A DNA stretch of 35,205 bases from Candidatus Micrarchaeota archaeon. Its GTDB lineage: Archaea > B1Sed10-29 > JAJRYS01. Within the stretch, counting starts at the first letter, position 1. Each line of letters opens with the position of its first letter. Shown piece after piece: positions 28,165 through 35,205 of the stretch. A program made the translations under genes and the position numbers. The stretch is from positions 1-35,205 of the forward strand of contig CAZXTN010000007.1 in the NCBI GenBank assembly GCA_964643685.1, read 5' to 3'. The notes beneath the pieces are model-generated. The model saw nothing but the letters and a program-made list of their open reading frames with translations, ran no database searches and was not told where the DNA came from.

Positions 28165-28373
28165 TTTTTGATAGATTCAAAAGAAGGGATTAGATTAAAA
28201 AAGAAGAAAGGAAAACCTATTAGAATAACAATACCAAATATTAAAACTAGATTTGCTAATAAGGAATGAATAGACAATAGAGTAGTGTACAAAACATAAA
28301 AAAATAGAGCACCACTTATCTCTTCAAAAACAAATTTAACAGTTAACTGTAAAGGATTATTTTTCTTACTCAT
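28161..28373 (-). CDS. Small 2-TM hypothetical membrane protein
   Basis: 70-aa hydrophobic ORF directly downstream of the nuclease gene. Confidence 0.5.
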   Translation of the reverse strand: MSKKNNPLQLTVKFVFEEISGALFFYVLYTTLLSIHSLLANLVLIFGIVILIGFPFFFFNLIPSFESIKN

Positions 28374-28378
28374 TTCTC

Positions 28379-29413
28379 TCATTCCCTTTCTTCTTTCAGC
28401 TTGCTTAAGTACAATGCTTCTGTTCTTTTTTCAACTAGCAACTGCTTGATTTTCTCTTGTAAATCTTTGTCTACTTCTCCTTGTTTTAAATGCTTGATTA
28501 ATGCAGTAGCATCCAACTTGGAGTTGTCTTTCCAGTAAGGAGATTCCCTAAGCAACTGCTCAAGCTGTGAATATTGTTCTGGGTTGCTTGTTTTTGTTGG
28601 AACTCCCACTTCTTCTTTGATTTTTACTCTCAGCTTCCTGTCGCTTCCTCTAATCACTTCTAATTCATTCTCCTTAGCGTATTTTACAATCGCTTCCTTC
28701 ACTTGCTCGATTTCGTTCTGTATCATTTTTCTTTGTTCAGTCAAGTCCCTGTACTCATTAACCAGCTTCACTCCGTCGTCCTTGTAAAACTTGTTAAGAG
28801 GCATTTGCTCTGTCTTGTAAATGTGCTTGTAATGCGGGCAAATGTCCTGGTAATCGCACCACTTGCACAAAACACTCTCCCTAGCTGGAAAATTATCCAT
28901 TTCAGTTGCTTCTTCAATTTCAGTAATCTTGCTAACCACGTCCTCCTCAAGCTTTTTCAGCTGTTCCGGCGTTTTTTTGACTTTGATTTCCTTGTTGAAC
29001 CTTAAAAAATGCCAGATTAACTCGGTGTTTTCAACGTCGTCCCATAACTGCTTCAAGCCAATTTCATAAAGAGCCAATTGCCTGTTTTCTTCCATTTTTG
29101 CTTGTTCAGGCAAAGTTCCGTTCGTCTTGTAGTCCCTTATTTCGTAAGTGCCGTCTTCCCTCTGCCCCAGCCTGTCAATAAAGCCAATAATCTTGTACTC
29201 TCCTAGTTTGAAAAGCAGTCTTTGCTCCAAGGCGATTATTTTGCTTTCTTCAAATGGAAAATAAGTGTTGTAATAATCAACTAGGCATTTTTTTCCAACG
29301 TCGTAGTAGTTTTTTTCGTTGTATTCTTTTTTCACGATTTTGACGTTTTCATGCCAGTTCTTATGCCAGTTAATGTCATAGTATTCTAGGATTTCATCTA
29401 AGGTGTCTTGTTT
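28379..29413 (-). pseudogene. RecB/AddB-like PD-(D/E)xK nuclease family protein, apparently 5'-truncated
   Basis: GFIDRL, IRDYKT, QLALY, CKWCDYQDICP. The frame is open without a start up to 29413, and the family's N-terminal S.S....CP segment is missing. Confidence 0.65.
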
Positions 29414-29808
29414 TCAATTAATTTTTTTGTCTTGTTAAAATCTTTCTGGTTCCAAGTGATCATATAATCTGCTTTTGATTGGATTGCAAGCGCGACGTGA
29501 ATGTTGTCTGGGAAGTGAATCCTGCAGTCTTTTTTAACTTGCTTTGATTTTTCAATTGTTTCTTTTGTTGTTTCTATTTCTTCGTGTCTTATTTGAAATT
29601 TGTTTAATAACTCTTTTATTTCTTTTCGCGTTAAATATGTTATTTTTTCAATTTCTTCAAACGTCAAGTCAGATAGGATTAAAACGTCTTTGTCAACACT
29701 TGTTTTTACTAGAAAGTCTTTTGTTCTTATGGAATGTGCTTTTGTCACTCCTCCAAACTCTGACTTTATATAGGTTATTAAAATATTGCTGTCCAGATAA
29801 AAGCGCAT
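29398..29808 (-). CDS. PIN domain (VapC-like) ribonuclease
   Basis: FYLDSNILI, LTFEEI, FPDNIHVALA, ITWNQKDF. Confidence 0.88.
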   Translation of the reverse strand: MRFYLDSNILITYIKSEFGGVTKAHSIRTKDFLVKTSVDKDVLILSDLTFEEIEKITYLTRKEIKELLNKFQIRHEEIETTKETIEKSKQVKKDCRIHFPDNIHVALAIQSKADYMITWNQKDFNKTKKLIENKTP

Positions 29809-29915
29809 TAAAAAGGATTATTAAAATAATCCTTTAAGTAAATTTTCAAACTGTTTCCAGTTTGAACTAGTTGCATTTTAACGAATTAAAAAGTTTTTTT
29901 GTTAGATACTGTTTA

Positions 29916-30530
29916 TCATAGGAGAGATAGTGTTTTTTTAATGATTCTTTTTTTTCTGTATTTTAAGTATTTTTTGTATTGCGTGTTTGTGATGATTTTT
30001 TGTTTAAGAAGTTCGTCGTAGGCTTGTTTTATTGTCAGGCAGGAGTGTATTGGCGTGTTTATTTTTTTTGCTGTTTCTTCGAAGTCAAGGAGGACGAGTA
30101 TTGCTGTTATTTTGAGGTCTGAGCGTGTTTTTTTTATTTTTTTAAGGAATTTTGTTTTTGCTTCTCCTGTTACAAGCGAATCGTCTATTACAAGCACTTT
30201 CGCATTTTTTGGAATTTCCCCTATTAAGCGGTTGTGTTGTTTTTTGTCGTAAGCGAAGTTGAATGGTTTTCCTTTCCATTCAGTTGCTATTGCTGAAACA
30301 ATTGGTATTGCTGAGTATGATATTGCAAGCAACGCATCAAATTCAAGTTTGTCTTGTTTGATTTTTTTAATGAATGCTTTTGCAATTGTTTTTATTGCAT
30401 TTGAGTTGTTTGTCCAAGCTGCTTTGTACCTGAACGGCTTTTTTTCACCTGTTCTCACTGTGTAATTGCCGAACCTAATTATTTTTTCTTCAGCTAAGTA
30501 TTTTGCCAGTTGCTTCTGCCATTTTTTCAT
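29916..30530 (-). CDS. Divergent orotate phosphoribosyltransferase-like protein (type I PRTase)
   Basis: IRFGNYTVRTG hood and VLVIDDSLVTGEA PRPP loop; catalytic loop shortened. Confidence 0.75.
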   Translation of the reverse strand: MKKWQKQLAKYLAEEKIIRFGNYTVRTGEKKPFRYKAAWTNNSNAIKTIAKAFIKKIKQDKLEFDALLAISYSAIPIVSAIATEWKGKPFNFAYDKKQHNRLIGEIPKNAKVLVIDDSLVTGEAKTKFLKKIKKTRSDLKITAILVLLDFEETAKKINTPIHSCLTIKQAYDELLKQKIITNTQYKKYLKYRKKRIIKKTLSLL

Positions 30531-30537
30531 CAAAGTA

Positions 30538-30630
30538 TCACATCAAACACTGCTTTGGCTTGGTTTTAAGTTCAGAGTAGTCTTTTGTCACTTGCTCTGC
30601 TAATTGCTTCCAGTTCACAGAATTAGCCAT
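30538..30630 (-). CDS. Possible 30-aa leader peptide or gene remnant upstream of the PyrE-like gene
   Basis: MANSVNWKQLAEQVTKDYSELKTKPKQCLM; ATG about 25 nt after a TTTAAATA box. Confidence 0.3.
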   Translation of the reverse strand: MANSVNWKQLAEQVTKDYSELKTKPKQCLM

Positions 30631-30704
30631 GATTAAGTTAAAGTTCTTAATTTATTTAAAACTGTTTTTTAAAAGTGTTGATCGTTGTTAGTAAAAACTT
30701 TTTC

Positions 30705-31154
30705 TTATTCTTTTTTAAGCTGCATTGTTTGCTTGATTGTTTTAAATCCTTGCTTTTCATAGAGTTTTTTTGCAGGCGCGTTGCTTGTGAACACGTCTAT
30801 TCTTATTTCATCAACTTGCTTCAGGAATTCCTTTGTTATTTTTTGAATCAACTTAGTTACAATTCCTTTTCCCCTGTACTTTGGTTTTACATACAAGCTT
30901 ATTATGTATGCAATGTCTTTTTTCTGAGCATAAGCTTCTGCTTTCATTACTCTTCCTGTTACGAATGCAGTCAATTTTCCATCTTGTTCATAGACATAAG
31001 CAGTTAGCTTGTTTTGTTCAACTGCTTTTGCTTCTGACTTCACTTGTTTTTCAGGCAAGGCGTTAACACTGTATTTTTTTGAATGCTCTTTGTAGTAATT
31101 TAGCAGCATTTTTTCAAACTGCTTTCTCTCATGTTTTTTTAATTTATGAATCAT
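30705..31154 (-). CDS. GNAT family N-acetyltransferase
   Basis: YIISLYVKPKYRGKGI, N.PAKKLYEKQGF. Confidence 0.9.
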   Translation of the reverse strand: MIHKLKKHERKQFEKMLLNYYKEHSKKYSVNALPEKQVKSEAKAVEQNKLTAYVYEQDGKLTAFVTGRVMKAEAYAQKKDIAYIISLYVKPKYRGKGIVTKLIQKITKEFLKQVDEIRIDVFTSNAPAKKLYEKQGFKTIKQTMQLKKE

Positions 31155-31187
31155 TGCAAACAATTTTTTGTCTCCGTACCTGTTTTT

Positions 31188-31736
31188 TTATGAGTTTGCT
31201 TCTATGTATTCTTTTAATTGTTGTCTTGTAATTTGTTTTGAATTGTTTATACTATATTCGCAGATTATTTTGTCTGAGTATATTTTTTTGTTAACTCTGC
31301 CTAAATTTAGTATGGTGTTATTAAAGCCAACTGCTGAACCTGCTTGAATAACCTCTTTTGAATCAAGTTTGTTGTATAAATTTTCTAAACAGTCAACAAA
31401 ATTTAAATCCCTTGTGCAATTTTCACAATTTAGTTTGAAGTAAGTTGTTTTTTGCACTTCAAAGGATATTCCTCCGTTTTGTATTCCATTTCCAGTTAAG
31501 TACATAAATATAGGTATAAGCAAAACAAGAATAATTACAGCTGTTTTTAAGCTTAATTTTTTAGCTTCTATTAATCTTTTTCTCTCAGTTGTTTTTTCAG
31601 CTTTTGTTGAAAGTTTTTTATTTTTTACTTTTACTGCTTCTTTTTTAATTATTTTTTTATTTTGTTGTTTTGAAACTTTTTTACCCGAAGTTTTTTTAAT
31701 TGTTTTTGAAGCTTTTTTCTTGGTTTTAGTTCCCAT
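31188..31736 (-). CDS. Hypothetical type II membrane protein (Lys-rich N-terminal tail, one TM, Cys-containing outer domain)
   Basis: ORF translation; GGAGGG RBS. Confidence 0.7.
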   Translation of the reverse strand: MGTKTKKKASKTIKKTSGKKVSKQQNKKIIKKEAVKVKNKKLSTKAEKTTERKRLIEAKKLSLKTAVIILVLLIPIFMYLTGNGIQNGGISFEVQKTTYFKLNCENCTRDLNFVDCLENLYNKLDSKEVIQAGSAVGFNNTILNLGRVNKKIYSDKIICEYSINNSKQITRQQLKEYIEANS

Positions 31737-31758
31737 AATAATCCAACCCCTCCAATTT

Positions 31759-32445
31759 TTACTTGTATTTTTCCTCTCTTCTATGCCTTGGCTTGTGTTT
31801 GTAAAGCTTTGCTTGCTTTTCTCTTGATTCCTCTTCTCTCTGCTGTTGTTTCTGTTCTTTTTCTTTTTCTCTCGCCATTTTTTGAATCATTTCAATATTC
31901 TCTAAAAGAAGAAGTAATTCGTAAACCATGTCTAGTTTCGGCGGCTTGTTAATCAATTCCTTAAACTGCTTCCTAAGAACCTCCACATACTTGGCTTCAA
32001 TTCCAAGCCTGTCATGTTTTTTCAACAACTTTTTAATTTCAGAGATTAACAAGTGTTCATCTTGCAAAACTTCAGAGTCAGGCTGCACGTTAGCAGCTGC
32101 GAACTGCGCAAACTGCTGAATCTGCTCCAAAGGCATTTTAGTCTTGTAAGGCACTGCCTTGTAAGTCAACTGCCTGTGATAATACTCCTTTTGAGGAACA
32201 TCGTCAAAAACTTCCTCACAGAACTGGTGAATTTTAGTGAACTTGTTAGAGTAGTAAGTAGCAGCATAATCCTCACCTTTCTTAAGCAAATCCTCTGCTG
32301 CGTCTCCGTACATGTCAGCTAAAAAACCAAGAGAGTAAAAAATCACTGCCTTCTTGTCATCTTCGCCTAAAAAAACGCTAGCCAAGTCGCTTGAATGCAT
32401 TTTAAGCCTGTGCAGTATTTCTTCAAAGTCATCAGGTTCAATCAT
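31759..32445 (-). CDS. Hypothetical helical protein with a charged C-terminal tail
   Basis: 228-aa ORF with a TATA-like box about 25 nt upstream; no recognised motif. Confidence 0.7.
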   Translation of the reverse strand: MIEPDDFEEILHRLKMHSSDLASVFLGEDDKKAVIFYSLGFLADMYGDAAEDLLKKGEDYAATYYSNKFTKIHQFCEEVFDDVPQKEYYHRQLTYKAVPYKTKMPLEQIQQFAQFAAANVQPDSEVLQDEHLLISEIKKLLKKHDRLGIEAKYVEVLRKQFKELINKPPKLDMVYELLLLLENIEMIQKMAREKEKEQKQQQREEESREKQAKLYKHKPRHRREEKYK

Positions 32446-32554
32446 ACAAATTAAATAAACGAAGAGTTAATTTAAAACCCTTTTCAAAAACAAAAAATAG
32501 ATATATTTATATACTTGTTTGATATATAATTATACTTAAAAGGTGGTTGTTTGT

Positions 32555-32833
32555 ATGGCTAATGTTGTTGTTTCAAGGAGTTATTCTGTCGCTCATTCCC
32601 CTACTCTTAACACTATTTTAATGGTTGAGGATATTTTAAAAAAAGAAGATGTTTTAACTGTTGCTGATTTAAAGAAAAAGCTCCCTAGAAAGGTTATGCA
32701 TTCTACTTTGATGCAAATTCTGGATTACTTGCAATTAAGCGGGAAGATTTTAATCACTCCTAAAGGCATTGTTTGGATTTTTTCACCTAGAAGTGAAATT
32801 GAGAAACTGAAAAAAAGGGGAATTGAGTTGTAA
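32555..32833 (+). CDS. Winged-helix DNA-binding protein, putative antitoxin
   Basis: HSPTLNTILMVE...LKKKLPRKVMHSTL..ILDYL..SGKI; AGGTGG RBS; directly upstream of the RelE-like gene. Confidence 0.65.
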   Translation: MANVVVSRSYSVAHSPTLNTILMVEDILKKEDVLTVADLKKKLPRKVMHSTLMQILDYLQLSGKILITPKGIVWIFSPRSEIEKLKKRGIEL

Positions 32834-32834
32834 A

Positions 32835-33200
32835 ATGGAGTCAAAAGTTGTTATTGTTGACGACGCTTTGAAGGCTTTTGAAAAAATTAATAAGATTGCA
32901 GGGGAGCAAAGAAGAAAGGGAATTCTTAACTCTGAAGAACAGCAGCTTTTAAAATCAATTAAAGCAAAAGCAGAGTTGATAAAGCAAAATCCTTCTTATG
33001 GTGACAAGATTGCCAAGAAACTTTGGCCTAAAAAGCTTGTGAAAAAGTATTCACTGACAAACTTGTGGAGAGTTGAGTTGACTAATTATTGGGGAATGAT
33101 TTACACAATCAAAGGAGATAAGATAGAGATAATAAGTTTTATACTTGAAATAATCAACCATAATGACTATAACAAATTATTTGGTTACAGGAAAAAATAA
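32835..33200 (+). CDS. RelE/ParE-superfamily-like putative toxin
   Basis: NP.YG..I.K, NLWRVEL..YW.MIYTI, ILEI..H..Y pattern. Confidence 0.6.
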   Translation: MESKVVIVDDALKAFEKINKIAGEQRRKGILNSEEQQLLKSIKAKAELIKQNPSYGDKIAKKLWPKKLVKKYSLTNLWRVELTNYWGMIYTIKGDKIEIISFILEIINHNDYNKLFGYRKK

Positions 33201-33204
33201 TCAA

Positions 33205-33972
33205 TTAATTTAAAACCCTTTCCAATAACTCTTCAACTTCTTTTTCAGTTAATCCAATCAAAGGAGCAAACAAAACCATGTCTGACTTTTTTTGCTTTTC
33301 AATAAAATCTTCAACACTCAAGCACCCTATCACTTTTCCAACTGCCTTGCCCTCAGTAAAGCCGTAACTCCATTTTTTAAGTTTTTCATTGAATGGAACG
33401 ACAATAACTCCTCTTTTCATCATCATCCAAGCAGCAGCCAAGTCAAAATCATTTTCAAAACTGCATTTCAGCCTCAACCCAGCGCTTCCAAGAGGCAAGC
33501 CACCAGGCCCTTGAAAAAAATCAGAAAACACAAAAGCAGAATCCTTTAAAATTTCAACTCCAATTTTAGTACCTGGTTTTTTCAAGTCAACTTTGAGAAG
33601 AGGGTTTTTTTCAAGCACATGTTCTCCTATTTTTTCATTCACTTCCTGTGAAGTCAGTGGAAAGTTTTTGTCAATTCTTTTAGTGTCAATTGCAAAACTG
33701 CCTTTCGCAGGAATGAATTCATCAACAGCTTCAATTATTTCTTTTAAAACTGGCTTTGTTTCAACTGCTTTTGAAAAACTCACAACTCCAAAGGCATGCT
33801 TTAATGCATCAATTGCTTCTTCAGAGTCATTGTGAATCAAAATCCTCCATCTCTTAGCTTCAATTTTAACTCCAGGCAAAGCCAATCTCAAATTGTCAAC
33901 TAATCTTTTGATGAACTGTTTTCTTACAAACTCTGACTTCGTGTAAATTTCCCCGTGCCTAACTAGCAACAT
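33205..33972 (-). CDS. ThiI-like THUMP-domain protein with a degenerate, truncated PP-loop domain
   Basis: LVRHGEIYTKS..VR..F, FGVVSFS, SFAI.TKR, VDLKKP, GPGGLPLG, AAWMMMKRG; SGGIDS absent. Confidence 0.8.
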   Translation of the reverse strand: MLLVRHGEIYTKSEFVRKQFIKRLVDNLRLALPGVKIEAKRWRILIHNDSEEAIDALKHAFGVVSFSKAVETKPVLKEIIEAVDEFIPAKGSFAIDTKRIDKNFPLTSQEVNEKIGEHVLEKNPLLKVDLKKPGTKIGVEILKDSAFVFSDFFQGPGGLPLGSAGLRLKCSFENDFDLAAAWMMMKRGVIVVPFNEKLKKWSYGFTEGKAVGKVIGCLSVEDFIEKQKKSDMVLFAPLIGLTEKEVEELLERVLN

Positions 33973-34012
33973 TAGTTGAATTAATAAACTTGAAAGTTAA
34001 TAAAATAAAACC

Positions 34013-35205
34013 ATGACAACCATTCTTTTGAAAAACTGCAGGTATGTAATTACTCAGAATGAAAAAAGAGAAGTTTTGGAAAACGCAAGCGTGTTAATTG
34101 AAGGCAATTTAATCAAGGAAGTTAATACTTCAGTTGAAGAAGCTGATGAAGTGATTGACTGCTCCAACTTTGCCTTGATGCCTGGGTTAATCAACATGCA
34201 TACTCATTCTGGCATGGGGCTGTTGAAAGGAGTTGCTGAAGACCTGCCTTTTTTCCAATGGCTTGACAAGCTGATTAAAAAAGAAGCTCTGTTGAAAAAA
34301 AAAGATTTTTACAAAGGCTCGTTGCTTTCATGCAGGGAAATGATTAGAACAGGAACAACTGCATTCAATGACATGTACTCTGACTTGGAGCAAACAGCAA
34401 AAGCAGTTGAAGAAACTGGCTTAAGAGCTTACTTGAGCTGGGGAATAGTTGATGAAGACAAGACAAATCAAGAAGGCAACCCCCTTGAAAACGCAGAGCA
34501 ATTCATAAAAGACAACCAAGGCAAAGAGTTAATAAAACCAGCAGCAGGACCGCATGCAATTTATTCAACAAAACCTGAGTTAATCAAGCAAAGCAAAGAA
34601 CTAGCAGACAAATACAACACTTTCATGCATATTCATGCTGCTGAAACCAGGAAAGAAGTAAGCGACTGTTTTAAAAAATACGGCAAAAGAGTAATTGAAC
34701 TCCTTGATGAGATAGGCGTTTTAGATGAGAACACTTGCTTGGCTCACGTTGGATGGATAACTAAAAAAGAAGCCAAGACAATAGCTGAAAACAAATCAAC
34801 TGTTACTCTCAACCCTACTTCTAACATGAAACTAGGCACAGGAGGAAACCCTCCTCTGCCTGAAATGATTGAATACGGCGTTAACGTAACTCTTGGAACT
34901 GATTCAACAGCATCAAACAACAGCTTGGACATGTTTGAAGCAATAAAATACACTGCTTTGTTACAGAAGCACATGAGATGGGACAGCGGAGTAATCACTG
35001 CGCAACAGGTGCTTGACTTTGCTACAATCAACGCAGCTAAATTTCTTAAATTAAATGCTGGAAGTATTGAAGAAGGCAAGCTAGCTGACTTGATTTTAAT
35101 TGATTTGAATGAGCCTGTAATGCAGCCAGTGAACAGCATCATTCACAACTTGGTTTACTCTGCTAATGGAAACTGCGTTGACACAGTAATCATCAACGGA
35201 AAAAT
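34013..35205 (+). CDS. Amidohydrolase family protein, MTA/SAH deaminase-like (3' end runs off the window)
   Basis: Hand translation: MTTILLKN...MPGLINMHTH...GTTAFNDMY...GPHAIY...HIHAAET...AH...NPTSNMKL...LGTDSTASNNSLDMF. Confidence 0.9.
   Translation, partial: MTTILLKNCRYVITQNEKREVLENASVLIEGNLIKEVNTSVEEADEVIDCSNFALMPGLINMHTHSGMGLLKGVAEDLPFFQWLDKLIKKEALLKKKDFYKGSLLSCREMIRTGTTAFNDMYSDLEQTAKAVEETGLRAYLSWGIVDEDKTNQEGNPLENAEQFIKDNQGKELIKPAAGPHAIYSTKPELIKQSKELADKYNTFMHIHAAETRKEVSDCFKKYGKRVIELLDEIGVLDENTCLAHVGWITKKEAKTIAENKSTVTLNPTSNMKLGTGGNPPLPEMIEYGVNVTLGTDSTASNNSLDMFEAIKYTALLQKHMRWDSGVITAQQVLDFATINAAKFLKLNAGSIEEGKLADLILIDLNEPVMQPVNSIIHNLVYSANGNCVDTVIINGK

Noticed and set aside
12209-28400. Large integrated element starting at tRNA-Asn
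   Set aside because: The duplicated tRNA end is only 162 bp away, core genes follow, and no integrase or distal att copy was seen
28379-29413. cas4 / CRISPR-Cas locus
   Set aside because: RecB-like motifs and Cys are shared by many solo nucleases; no cas1/cas2 and no repeat-spacer array seen

Overview
AT-rich archaeal chromosomal segment. It is probably from a DPANN-type lineage, inferred from TBP, Rpo4, L21e, topoisomerase VI, Rio1/Dim2, BRE-TATA promoters, GGAGG/GGTGA ribosome-binding sites and a tRNA without encoded CCA. Left part: GNAT (partial), a Cys-rich membrane protein, an M16 peptidase and a class III ribonucleotide reductase locus. In that locus nrdD carries a LAGLIDADG intein, its glycyl-radical loop sits on a separate 58-aa ORF missed by the ORF track, and nrdG follows. 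Next come rio1, a HAD-Dim2 fusion, top6B-top6A, a DUF1699-like HTH protein, tRNA-Asn(GTT) followed by a hairpin-rich insert with a duplicated tRNA 3' end, a K+ channel and a methyltransferase. These are followed by an apparent RaSEA-ArcS(DUF5591) fusion, the rpl21e-rpoF-DUF655-ksgA cluster, and a TBP whose two halves are ~80% identical and share a 93-bp perfect DNA repeat. Right part: an accessory/defence region with ASCH, a membrane-anchored PD-(D/E)xK nuclease, Nudix, M48, a type I R-M operon with two embedded passenger genes, a truncated RecB-like nuclease abutting a PIN gene and a wHTH-RelE-like pair. It ends with degenerate PyrE and ThiI paralogues and a partial amidohydrolase. Strand compositional skew flips polarity at about 22-25 kb. 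All product calls come from motif recognition by eye; no database search was run.
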